Shown: piece by piece, positions 48,574 through 57,710 of the stretch
How positions within the stretch are numbered: the stretch's first letter is position 1
Layout: the number at the start of each line of letters is the position of its first letter
Assembly: GCA_964510025.1 (NCBI GenBank)
Contig: CAZDZV010000003.1
Span: 62,001 to 126,000, forward strand
Reading direction: 5' to 3'
Length of the DNA: 64,000 nucleotides
Source of the DNA: an uncultured Methanosarcinales archaeon
GTDB taxonomy: Archaea; Nanobdellota; Nanobdellia; Woesearchaeales; DATDXC01
The notes under the pieces: model-generated
What the model was told of the DNA's origin: nothing
Seen by the model: the letters and a program-made list of their open reading frames with translations, nothing else
Database searches by the model: none
Made by a program: the position numbers and the translations under genes

Positions 48574-49823
48574 GTTCCTTCATTCCAGGTAGATAAGTAT
48601 TTTCTCTGATCTTCTGTTAGATTGTCCTTTTTGACACCAAGCGCCTTGAGCTGCAATTCTGCTATTCTATTATCGATGTCTTCTGGAAGGGCTATAACCC
48701 CTGGCTTAAGCTTACCTTTGTTCTTCGCAGCATATTCAGCAGCCAGTGCCTGGCCGCAGAAGCTCTGAGCCATCACTATAGACGGATGGCCTTCGGCAGC
48801 TGCAAGATTTACCAGCCGTCCCTCCCCGCAAAGGTATATGTTTTTTTGGCCTTCTAAAGTATACCTGTCAAATGAAGGCCTTATCCGCTCTACTTTCTTG
48901 GATATGTGCTTCAATCCATCTACATCTATCTCTACATCAAAATGTCCTGAATTTGCTAGAATAGCACCATTTTTCATGTCCTTAAAATGCTCCTTCCTAA
49001 TCACGTGCTTGTTTCCTGTAACAGTTATGAAGACATCACCTATCTTCGCAGCAGAAGCTATGGGCATAACCCTGAATCCATCAGTGACAGCCTGCAAGGC
49101 TTTTACCGCATCTACCTCTATAACTACAACATTGGAGCCGAGGCCCTTTGCTCTTGCCGCAACCCCCCTGCCACACTGGCCATAACCGCATACCACTACA
49201 GTCTTTCCGGCAAATAATATCGAAGATGCTCTCAGAATCCCATCTATCGTGCTCTGGCCTGTACCTAGAAAATTATCAAAAAGGTGCTTGGTCTTAAGAT
49301 CATTAACAGCTAAGATAGGGTATTTCAACGCCTTGTCCTTCTCCATTGCTTTCAGCCTGATTATCCCTGTGGTTGTCTCTTCTGCACCTGCAATTATATC
49401 AGGTATCAGCTTCTTGTGCTTAGCATGTATCTCCGAGACAAGGTCGCACCCATCATCTAGGGTATAGTTTGGCTTAAATTCTATAACCTTGTTCAGGAAC
49501 CTATAATAGTCATCTTTTGTCTCCCCTTTGTATGCCCATATCTTTATTCCTTTCTTAGCCAGAGCTGCAGCAACATCATCCTGTGTGCTCAATGGATTGC
49601 ATGCGCACAGTGCAATCTCAGCGCCGCCTGCGGTTAGAGTGTTGACCAATGCAGCTGTCTCCTTTGTAGGATGCAAAGCCATGCCGATTCTCATACCTTT
49701 CAGGGGCTTTTCAACCTCAAATCTTTTTCTGACCTCAAGCAAAGCGCCCATCTGAGATTCAGCCCACTCAATGTTTTTTCGGCCCTGTTCTGCTAAAGTC
49801 AAATCTTTCACTTCATAGTCCAT
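48570..49823 (-). CDS. ahcY: S-adenosylhomocysteine hydrolase
   Basis: NPLSTQDD, LDDGCDL, EETTTG, KHLFDN, GYGQCGRG, GHFDVE, GRLVNL..GHP; start at MDYEVK after SD GGTGA. Confidence 0.95.
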   Translation of the reverse strand: MDYEVKDLTLAEQGRKNIEWAESQMGALLEVRKRFEVEKPLKGMRIGMALHPTKETAALVNTLTAGGAEIALCACNPLSTQDDVAAALAKKGIKIWAYKGETKDDYYRFLNKVIEFKPNYTLDDGCDLVSEIHAKHKKLIPDIIAGAEETTTGIIRLKAMEKDKALKYPILAVNDLKTKHLFDNFLGTGQSTIDGILRASSILFAGKTVVVCGYGQCGRGVAARAKGLGSNVVVIEVDAVKALQAVTDGFRVMPIASAAKIGDVFITVTGNKHVIRKEHFKDMKNGAILANSGHFDVEIDVDGLKHISKKVERIRPSFDRYTLEGQKNIYLCGEGRLVNLAAAEGHPSIVMAQSFCGQALAAEYAAKNKGKLKPGVIALPEDIDNRIAELQLKALGVKKDNLTEDQRKYLSTWNEGT

Positions 49824-49881
49824 TATCATCACCATTCATTTGTTTTCTTTCTGTCTTAATATACTTTTTCATATTCTTAAT

Positions 49882-49952
49882 TAAATTTGTCCAATATTTT
49901 TCTAATTTTTTGGACAAATTTAGAAATATTTATATATAAGTTGGACATATTT
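49882..49952. promoter_or_regulatory. Candidate operator array in the ahcY/lrp divergent promoter
   Basis: Perfect 13-bp inverted repeat TAAATTTGTCCAA-N15-TTGGACAAATTTA plus a third TTGGACATATTT, flanking TATA TTTATATA (49929-49936). Confidence 0.65.
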
Positions 49953-49961
49953 CTTTTACCA

Positions 49962-50390
49962 ATGGCTTTAGATAAGAAAGACCTGGCGATAGTTGAGTAC
50001 CTTAAGGAAAATTGCAGATATTCGATCAGGGATATAGCCAAGAGAACAGGAATAAGACCATCAACTGTACATCAAAGAATCAACCAGCTTCAGAAGAGGG
50101 ATGTGATCGAGAAGTTTACTGTCAAGCTAAATAACAAGGAAGTTAATGAGGGTTTCATTGTTTTCCTGCTAATCAAAACAAAGCCGTCCGCAAGCATCGA
50201 TGAGACAATAATCAGCAGCAAACATGTCAAGGAGGTCTTTGGCATCACAGGTGAATATGATTTGCTGCTGAAACTTAAGTTTAAGGATATCGAGCAGTTT
50301 AACTCATTTATACTTAAATTCAGGAAGGAACAGAAAGTGGTTACAACCCTAACAAGCATAGCCACTCTTACATTAAAGGAAGAAATATAA
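49962..50390 (+). CDS. Lrp/AsnC family transcriptional regulator
   Basis: Start re-called at MALDKKD; HTH (SIRDIAKRTGIRPSTVHQRI), ITGEYDLL. Confidence 0.9.
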   Translation: MALDKKDLAIVEYLKENCRYSIRDIAKRTGIRPSTVHQRINQLQKRDVIEKFTVKLNNKEVNEGFIVFLLIKTKPSASIDETIISSKHVKEVFGITGEYDLLLKLKFKDIEQFNSFILKFRKEQKVVTTLTSIATLTLKEEI

Positions 50391-50407
50391 TGCTCACATA
50401 TTGTGGG

Positions 50408-50471
50408 GGGTCGGGATGTTTGCTAACACCCCCAATGAGAATGATTCATTCTTTCTCCGGCATCCCGGCCC
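50408..50471. other. GC-rich intergenic stem-loop between convergent lrp and yggS
   Basis: 13-bp stem GGGTCGGGATGTT/GGCATCCCGGCCC (3 G-U on + strand) enclosing an AGAATG/CATTCT hairpin. Confidence 0.6.
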
Positions 50472-50476
50472 AAACC

Positions 50477-51130
50477 TTATCTTTCTCCAAAAATCAGCGA
50501 ACCGATCCTTACCATGCTAGCTCCTTCCTGCACGGCAACTTTATAAGAATCAGACATTCCCATTGAGAGGATATTCATATCTACATTAGGAATCTGCAAG
50601 TCTCGAATACTGTCGAAAAGCCTTTTTGTTAGCCGGAAAAAAGGCCTGCTATTCTCAGGGTCCTCAAAATAGGGTGCCATCGTCATCAGACCCTTTATTC
50701 TTACGGAACCTAGCCTAGAAACCTGCTTAACGAGGTCAATGGTGTCTTCCGGCATGATGCCATTTTTACTCGATTCTTTTCCACTGTTTATCTCAATCAG
50801 AACCGGCATAATCTTTCTTCTCTGCCTGCATCTCTTATTAATCTCATTTGCTATTCTAGCTGAATCAACTGTCTGTATCATATCAAATATTTCCACAGCT
50901 TTTTTGGCCTTATTTGCCTGCAGATGACCTATGCAGTGGAACTGCACCTTTCCCTTTAGCTCCTGGTATTTAGCCTCAGCTTCCCGTACATAGTTTTCGC
51001 CAATGATGGATATACCGCCCTCTATGGCCTCAGTTATTTGCGTTACTTCCCTGGTTTTGGTGGCTGCAACTATGGTGACTTTAGGCCCTATATCATCTCT
51101 TATCTTTTTGATATTTTCATAGATTTCCAT
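50477..51130 (-). CDS. yggS: PLP homeostasis protein YggS
   Basis: VAATK, GENY, HCIGHLQANK, GLMTM, LSMGMS, VRIGS. Confidence 0.93.
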   Translation of the reverse strand: MEIYENIKKIRDDIGPKVTIVAATKTREVTQITEAIEGGISIIGENYVREAEAKYQELKGKVQFHCIGHLQANKAKKAVEIFDMIQTVDSARIANEINKRCRQRRKIMPVLIEINSGKESSKNGIMPEDTIDLVKQVSRLGSVRIKGLMTMAPYFEDPENSRPFFRLTKRLFDSIRDLQIPNVDMNILSMGMSDSYKVAVQEGASMVRIGSLIFGER

Positions 51131-52112
51131 TTTTGAAAATTTTTTTGATCTCTCTCTTATTCACTTTTTTCAGTCTGGCTCCGATTTGCTGGACAACCTT
51201 TGCCGCAAAATAGCTGCCTATGTAACCGCTTTTTTTCAGATCATAATTTCGGCATAATCCATAAAGAAAGCCGGCAGCAAACATATCTCCTGCCCCTGTG
51301 GTGTCTATGGCATCTACCTTATACCCCCTTATCTTATAGATTGTCTGTCCTTGTTTGATGTAGGATCCTTTTTTGCCGACCTTAACTACAGCAATATCCG
51401 CCATATTAGATATCTCTTCAAGTGCCTTTTGTACTTTTTGGCTGGTCAGTGTCTTTGCCTCCTCTTCATTAGCAAAGACTATATTTGCGTATTTTTTGAT
51501 TATTTTTATGATCTCTTTCTTATTTCTTTTCACAACACCCGGGTCCCCCAAATCTATACTGATTCTTGTGTTATTCTTTTTTGCAAAATCCATAGCATGC
51601 AGTGCCACACCCCTCAATCTCTTGTCTTCAAGCTGATAGCCCTCTATATGGAGAATCTTGCTGCTCTTTATATAGTCCAGAATGATATCTTTTTTTTCCA
51701 GTTCCAATGTTGCTCCAAGATGAACAGCAAAGGTCCTTTCGCTGTCAGGTGTTATGAAGGTAATGGCGTGACCAGTTGCCTGCTCGGATCTAACGAGGTT
51801 GGATTTTATGCAACTTTTTAGAGTTGCCTCACTATATGCCTTTCCTTGCTTATCCAGCCCAACTTTGCCGCAAAATATCACCTTGCCTCCCAGAATTGCA
51901 GCGCCATAAAGGGTATTTGCAGAGCTGCCGCCTGGAGATGAGATAATCTTATGTTTAGCCATGTTTTTCAGCAATTTCAAAGAGGATTTTTTGTCAATCA
52001 AATGAAAGTTGCCTTTTTTCAGCTTGAGTGCTACGAGTTCCTTATTGTCTATTTCAATCAGGAAGTCCATCAGCGCAGAGCCTATACCAAAAATGTCATA
52101 TTTTCTTTTCAT
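51117..52112 (-). CDS. Adenosine kinase-like PfkB sugar kinase
   Basis: Start re-called at MKRKYD; GSALMD, GGSSANT, DSERTF, FANEEEA, DTTGAGDMFAAG. Confidence 0.85.
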   Translation of the reverse strand: MKRKYDIFGIGSALMDFLIEIDNKELVALKLKKGNFHLIDKKSSLKLLKNMAKHKIISSPGGSSANTLYGAAILGGKVIFCGKVGLDKQGKAYSEATLKSCIKSNLVRSEQATGHAITFITPDSERTFAVHLGATLELEKKDIILDYIKSSKILHIEGYQLEDKRLRGVALHAMDFAKKNNTRISIDLGDPGVVKRNKKEIIKIIKKYANIVFANEEEAKTLTSQKVQKALEEISNMADIAVVKVGKKGSYIKQGQTIYKIRGYKVDAIDTTGAGDMFAAGFLYGLCRNYDLKKSGYIGSYFAAKVVQQIGARLKKVNKREIKKIFKNGNL

Positions 52113-52235
52113 AAAGAAATTCAATCCAAAATTATATATAAACTTTGTCATGCTTTTTTAGCAAAAACTATTTAAATGATTGATAAACCTGACTTATTCA
52201 GGTCAAATATCTCTTTTTTTATTGGCTGATTTAAA

Positions 52236-53312
52236 ATGAATATAGGTATACCAAAAGAAACAAAAATAGACGAATTTCGGGTAGCTTTAATACCTGATCA
52301 TGTTAGACAGCTAACCAAGGCAGGGCATCATGTTTTTGTAGAAAGGGATGCCGGAAAGAAATGCAAGTTTTCCAACAAGCAGTATGAGCAAGCTGGAGCC
52401 ATAGTCTGTGAAGACGTCTACTCCAGTGAAATGATAGTAAGGGTCAAGGAGCCTCCTTTGGCCACTGTCCGGAAGAACCAGGTGATTATGGCCTATCTTC
52501 ATATCGAAAAAGGCCAGAATCCCAAGCTCCTAAGGAAACTAATTGAGCAGAATGCGACAAGCTACGCTTATGAGGAGATCAGGGATAATGACGGTAACAG
52601 GCTCGTTAACCTTGGCTTTGAAGCTGGTGTAGTAGGGATGTACGAAGGCATGCGTCTGTACGGGAAAGTCCTGAAAAAAATGGGATTTACCAACAAATTC
52701 AGGAAGCTTAGACCAATAAAGAATTATTTTTCCATCAATGATGTTTATACGGCTCTAGGGAGGAGCAGAATAAGCAATGATGTTAATGTGTATATATTTG
52801 GAAAAGGCCGTGTCTCGTCCGGAGCCCAGACAATTCTCAAATATACTGATATTAATCCTAATGTCCTATACCGGGACAAGACCATATTTGCAGAGAGATA
52901 CCTACCCAAGGCCGACATAATTATAAATGCGGTTGACTGGTACCCGCATCAGCCGAGGATAATCACCAAAGATATGCTTAAGCTGATGAAGAGAACAGCA
53001 GTTATTATAGATATCTCTTGCGATGAGAACGGCGCTATAGAAAGCTGCATACCTACGACATGGCAGAAGCCGACTTATATTTTCGATGGCATCACACATT
53101 TTTGCGTTGATAATCTGCCCTCGGCTGTGCCGCGCGATTCCTCAATACACCTAAGCTCTATGATAATCAGCCATGTGCTTGAGGTGGCCAACGGCGGAAA
53201 GCTTGGTACAGGATTGATGACGGAAGGAGGCCAATTTGAATTCAGGCTGATTGAAGAGGCATTAGAATCTGGATTTATGGACTCTAATCTTGAGACAAGT
53301 ATACATAACTAA
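52236..53312 (+). CDS. Alanine dehydrogenase/PNT-fold enzyme (saccharopine dehydrogenase / N5-carboxyethyl-ornithine synthase-like)
   Basis: IGIPKE..EFRVAL.P, VRVKEP, GKGRVSSGA, IDISCD, VDNLPS. Confidence 0.75.
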   Translation: MNIGIPKETKIDEFRVALIPDHVRQLTKAGHHVFVERDAGKKCKFSNKQYEQAGAIVCEDVYSSEMIVRVKEPPLATVRKNQVIMAYLHIEKGQNPKLLRKLIEQNATSYAYEEIRDNDGNRLVNLGFEAGVVGMYEGMRLYGKVLKKMGFTNKFRKLRPIKNYFSINDVYTALGRSRISNDVNVYIFGKGRVSSGAQTILKYTDINPNVLYRDKTIFAERYLPKADIIINAVDWYPHQPRIITKDMLKLMKRTAVIIDISCDENGAIESCIPTTWQKPTYIFDGITHFCVDNLPSAVPRDSSIHLSSMIISHVLEVANGGKLGTGLMTEGGQFEFRLIEEALESGFMDSNLETSIHN

Positions 53313-53773
53313 ATCTTCTTTCTCATCTTTATCGAATAGTTACTGAAGCCCAATTTGTGATAGAGAGATATTGCGGGCGTGTTAAGCTCATACAGCTCCA
53401 GCGTTATCTTTACGGCCTTTCTTTTCTTGAACCACTTTGTTATCTCAGAGACCAATTTTTTTGCAACCGCCTTCCTTCTAAACTCTTTTTTGACATAAAG
53501 ATTGCTTATATAGCCGAATCTCTCATAGCCGGCGATATATAAGGTCCGGTATGTCCTGCCTGTTATCACACCTATGATCCGGTCTTCCTCTTCTGCTATA
53601 AGTACTATCCTCCATCTGCTTTTCAGATCATTTGCCAGGTAATCCTTGTAATATCTCTCAACTTTTTCGACAGGCATAAGCTCCTTGTTCCATTTTCTTT
53701 CTTCTTTTTTTGAAGCTAGTTTCAGCTTCAATATTTCGTCAAAATCCTTTTGTGTCGCTTTTCTTACTCTCAT
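53309..53773 (-). CDS. GNAT acetyltransferase
   Basis: LYVKKEFRRKAVA, N.PAISLYHKLGF. Confidence 0.88.
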   Translation of the reverse strand: MRVRKATQKDFDEILKLKLASKKEERKWNKELMPVEKVERYYKDYLANDLKSRWRIVLIAEEEDRIIGVITGRTYRTLYIAGYERFGYISNLYVKKEFRRKAVAKKLVSEITKWFKKRKAVKITLELYELNTPAISLYHKLGFSNYSIKMRKKI

Positions 53774-53775
53774 CT

Positions 53776-54816
53776 TCAGTAATTTGAGATGACCTCTTCT
53801 ATAAAAAATCTGGCAAGGTTATATCTTCGCACCTTAGGGAAACCAGGAAAGGCATTGACCTCGATAAATTTTGCGGTTTTTTTGTCTGAACAGAGCATCA
53901 TATCGACACCGCCAAAATTCAACCTGAGAGCCTTTATGGCATTTATTGCACTTTTTTTTGCAAAATCCAGCTGTTTTTGGGGCAGTGTTTTTTCAAAACT
54001 TAGCTTTTCTCCTCTCGCTCCCTGCGATATATTTGTGGTTATCCCCCTTTCGCTATTGCTTCTACCGTATGTATACAAGACTTTATTCTTAAATATATAC
54101 ATTCTCAGGTCAAATTTTCTTCCTTTTATCAAGAGCGGGTCTATGGCTTCTTCTATGATTATGTCTTTTTTCAGAACCTGTCTGAGAAAGTCTTTTTTCC
54201 CAGTGATATCTATAAAGGTCCAACCATAGTCAGATCTTTTGCTAATAATCTTTTTTTTTCTGAACCTGAAATTAGTCATCCATCTTCCTTTTTCAAGAAA
54301 AGTGATGCCTTTTCCCATGGAGCCATATCTTACCTTTATGAAAAGTTTCTTGTTTTGTTCGATTAGACTAAGAATATGGCTTATTTTTCTGGAAGCTACT
54401 GTTTTCGGTACCAACACTCCGTGTTTTTTCACCAGTCTTTTTGTGAGCTCTTTGTCCCGATCGGTCGCTAGATGCTTCGGATGGTTTATGTAGTCTATAT
54501 CCTTATCCTTGTAGTATTCTTTTATTCTTTCTTCTACTATTTTCCAGAATTCTTTAAATTTTATGTAGAAGCTTCTATTGCCATATATGCCTCTGTACTT
54601 TCTGGGCTCTATATATCTGTCCCAATAATCGAAAGGAAAACAGAGAAAGACGACCAGCCTTTTTGTGCTTATTCTGGGAAGACTGCCATTGAGCAATGAA
54701 TAATAATCAGTGCTGTTGAACCTAAAGCTGGTTTTATAGAAGAATCTTTTCTGCTTTCTTATTTTCTTGAAAGTATCAAAATCTTTCTCATCTCCAATAG
54801 CCAGGAATGTTTTCAT
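53776..54816 (-). CDS. RimK-like ATP-grasp ligase
   Basis: DKELT, VPKT, KVRYGSMGKGI, FDLR, TNISQG, GVD, EVNAFPG. Confidence 0.82.
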   Translation of the reverse strand: MKTFLAIGDEKDFDTFKKIRKQKRFFYKTSFRFNSTDYYSLLNGSLPRISTKRLVVFLCFPFDYWDRYIEPRKYRGIYGNRSFYIKFKEFWKIVEERIKEYYKDKDIDYINHPKHLATDRDKELTKRLVKKHGVLVPKTVASRKISHILSLIEQNKKLFIKVRYGSMGKGITFLEKGRWMTNFRFRKKKIISKRSDYGWTFIDITGKKDFLRQVLKKDIIIEEAIDPLLIKGRKFDLRMYIFKNKVLYTYGRSNSERGITTNISQGARGEKLSFEKTLPQKQLDFAKKSAINAIKALRLNFGGVDMMLCSDKKTAKFIEVNAFPGFPKVRRYNLARFFIEEVISNY

Positions 54817-54849
54817 AATCCGAGGACAAACCAACTGCTTATATAAGCT

Positions 54850-55827
54850 TTACTGCCAGACCCTTTCAAATTCATCTAAGTATCTCTGCGCGATTTCTGC
54901 GTTGTGTATTATCAATATGTTTTCATCATTCTCTCTGTCAGCATTCTGACTTGGATTGAAAGACCCAGTTACTACGATCTTTTTGTCGATTATGAACACC
55001 TTATGGTGCATATTTGCAGGATTTGTGTCCTTCTTCACTTCCAGGCCAAAATCCTTAAACCTATCATACTGTGAATATCGAGAACCTGCTTGGATTTTTT
55101 CAAAAATCCCCTTGATGACTATGTCCTTGAACAGTATGGAATCAGCTATACCTTCATGGGTAAAAGAAAATGTCATGAAATGAATACTCTCTTTTGCTTG
55201 CCCTATATTTTGGATAATCCTTTCAGCGCACATATCTTCCGGGCAAAAATAATTCTCTACTCTTGTCGTATTCAGATATACAACCGGATTGCTGACATTC
55301 TTGCCCTTTCCGAAGATACCTTGCCATAGCTCATCAAATTCATCCCTATAGTTGCTGGATATGTATCTTGAATTAATGATGACTATGTTATTGTCGTTCT
55401 CAGCGTTCCCCCTCTCTGTGGGATTAAATGATCCAGTAAAGACCACTTTCTCGTCAAAGACGCAGAATTTGTTGTGAGAGTACTGGCTGCTGGTGTCTTT
55501 TCTTAGGATTTGGGGAGGCAGCTGCTCCTGGAAGTTCTCATTATCAATGACTATCCTGACTTGTAGCTCTTTGCTTTTGTCTTCCAGGCTGCTGATCACA
55601 TTTTTAAGGTCCAAATCAAAAAAAGCGCAGAAAATGCTCTCATCAGCGCTGTTGATCAATCCGATGAGATGATCGCTGCAGTTATCCACCTGACAAAAAT
55701 ACACTTCTGGTACCGGTAGATTTTCCCTAGGATAGACAACAGGCTTAGAAATATCTGCTTGGCACCCAGTTAAGAATATGAGGCACACTAACAGCTTACT
55801 CATAAATAATAGTTTTTTAACCACCAT
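54850..55827 (-). CDS. Phospholipase D/Nuc-like lipoprotein with two HKD motifs
   Basis: LTGC lipobox; HNKFCVFD..TGSFN and HHKVFIID..TGSFN. Confidence 0.85.
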   Translation of the reverse strand: MVVKKLLFMSKLLVCLIFLTGCQADISKPVVYPRENLPVPEVYFCQVDNCSDHLIGLINSADESIFCAFFDLDLKNVISSLEDKSKELQVRIVIDNENFQEQLPPQILRKDTSSQYSHNKFCVFDEKVVFTGSFNPTERGNAENDNNIVIINSRYISSNYRDEFDELWQGIFGKGKNVSNPVVYLNTTRVENYFCPEDMCAERIIQNIGQAKESIHFMTFSFTHEGIADSILFKDIVIKGIFEKIQAGSRYSQYDRFKDFGLEVKKDTNPANMHHKVFIIDKKIVVTGSFNPSQNADRENDENILIIHNAEIAQRYLDEFERVWQ

Positions 55828-55914
55828 GTTGTTACTACTTTAAAATGCTCTTATTTCGAAAAATTTATATATTAGTATCATCTAACTTCCAAATAAATCT
55901 ATCACCTCTTTTTT

Positions 55915-55949
55915 CCCAGCAGGATACTTGAAAAAGTATCTTGCTCGGG
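55915..55949 (+). other. Intergenic hairpin with GAAA tetraloop flanked by T-tracts
   Basis: AGCAGGATACTT-GAAA-AAGTATCTTGCT (12 bp, one G-U) closed by CCC/GGG. Confidence 0.55.
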
Positions 55950-55952
55950 TTT

Positions 55953-57710
55953 TTATCTCTTCTTAGATTTTCGTCTTGGCTTTTTGTAGATGACCACCAT
56001 AACATAAGGAATGAGTCCGACGGCAATCCCCAAGACAAATATCAGGTATCTCTCATCAATAAGAGAGAATACGTTTTCACTTCTGTCCAAGCTTTCAAAA
56101 TACATATTGAAATTGCTTAGTTCTAAGGCGTATTCTGCATAAAGCAGAGCTGAGTAAAGATCAGATCCCTTAAGAGAATTTGCGTATTCATAGTAGGAAT
56201 AAGACATTATCGGAAAGATCCCCTTCCTGCTGTCTTTTATTATATTTCTCTTCACTATCTCCAATTTTGTATTTAGTTGATCTTTTGTCTTATTTTCATT
56301 GAGTCCGATCAAATTCAGCACTATGTCAGCCTGGGCCTTTGCTATAGAAGCCTTGAAGAGGCACAGTTCGTACTCCTTCTTATACAGGTAGCTGTATGCA
56401 TAGTCTATCTCCTGCTTCGTGTTTCCCAGCAGGGCAGGGAATAAAAGCTTAATATACTGATATCTTTCCTCTGCTTCTAAGATCTTGTTGAGGCAGGAAG
56501 CTTTTATCTTTTCTTTCTCTAAATCAAACCTTTTTCCATAATTAACAAAGAATTCATACCATGACAGCGCAGAATAGACTCGCTCGGAAGCATATGCCAG
56601 ATTATATAGCGCATTATCCCACTCTTCCAGGCTTTCCAGGCTTTCGTTTATGTTATTCCTGGCTTCAAGAAGCCTCTCCTTTACCGCAGCATAAGACTCC
56701 AGGTCTGTTATTGTCAATATCTTCTTATCGCTAATTCTTTTATTTAGCGCCTCTATGCCTTTCTCAACTATCTCTGTACCTTTTATGATATCCTCGTCTG
56801 AAAAATTTTTTGCGACCATATAGAGATAGCTGAGCTTTACATTGGCCCCGAAACAATAACTTGCTGCTGAATAAAACTTTGATGATTCAAAGGCTTCTTT
56901 TCCTTTTTGGGTAAAGTTTAAGGCTTCTTCCTTCTCCTTAGAATAATTCTCTCCAAAACTCAGGTTTTCGATGTCATTCCATATCTTAGAGGTCCGGTTG
57001 CACAAATCAAGCGCCAATCCGCTCATTATTTCGCCATATTTTTCGTCAACTACCAGTTCTCCGTATTCTTCTTTGTATCTTCTACCAGTAAACTCGAAAA
57101 TCGCATCATTTAACGTTGTAACTTCCTGAATCTCAATATTTTTTAGCTTACTGTATTCTTGGACAGGGATTTTCTCCTCGACTGTGAAATTATCCACCAA
57201 TTCAACTATATCCTCGCCTTTGGGTATCAGAACCTTTTTTATTCCAGAAGCAGCTGCGGCATCGATCTTCTCCTTGATTCCGCCGACATGCCCGATTAAT
57301 CCCCCTGAATTGATTGTTCCAGTGATGGCTACTGACTGATTCACTTCCAATCCGGCAAGAGCAGCTGCGGTTAACACGCTTGCAGCTGCACCAGCAGAAG
57401 GTCCAGCTATTATGGATGAGTCAGCCTGTATAGTATAGATGAAATCTTGCTTTCTGCAGTCCTTATCCAGAAAATTGCAGGCTATCTCTTTGGCAAACCT
57501 ATTAGATATTTGCGTATCTACCTTTGTCAGCGGGAAGGTATCCAGGAACACCCTTCCAGTCCCTTCCCTAATCTCAAGAAATAAGTCAGCTGTACTGCCT
57601 TCTATCCCTGCTTCAGTTTCTTTAACAGCCAGAAGTGTCAGATGGCTTTGTTGGGATTCTACCAATGGGATAATCAGGACCACCAACAAAAGAAAGAATA
57701 TCTTATTCAT
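55953..57710 (-). CDS. Archaeal extracellular S16 (Lon-like) serine protease without AAA+ domain
   Basis: Signal peptide; GPSAG (Ser), TGTI..VGGIKEK (Lys); helical C-domain and TM. Confidence 0.85.
   Translation of the reverse strand: MNKIFFLLLVVLIIPLVESQQSHLTLLAVKETEAGIEGSTADLFLEIREGTGRVFLDTFPLTKVDTQISNRFAKEIACNFLDKDCRKQDFIYTIQADSSIIAGPSAGAAASVLTAAALAGLEVNQSVAITGTINSGGLIGHVGGIKEKIDAAAASGIKKVLIPKGEDIVELVDNFTVEEKIPVQEYSKLKNIEIQEVTTLNDAIFEFTGRRYKEEYGELVVDEKYGEIMSGLALDLCNRTSKIWNDIENLSFGENYSKEKEEALNFTQKGKEAFESSKFYSAASYCFGANVKLSYLYMVAKNFSDEDIIKGTEIVEKGIEALNKRISDKKILTITDLESYAAVKERLLEARNNINESLESLEEWDNALYNLAYASERVYSALSWYEFFVNYGKRFDLEKEKIKASCLNKILEAEERYQYIKLLFPALLGNTKQEIDYAYSYLYKKEYELCLFKASIAKAQADIVLNLIGLNENKTKDQLNTKLEIVKRNIIKDSRKGIFPIMSYSYYEYANSLKGSDLYSALLYAEYALELSNFNMYFESLDRSENVFSLIDERYLIFVLGIAVGLIPYVMVVIYKKPRRKSKKR

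Noticed and set aside
50408..50471. HDV-like ribozyme (5' GGGTCGGGATG resembles the HDV start)
   Set aside because: Could not build the nested double pseudoknot; only simple stems are supported
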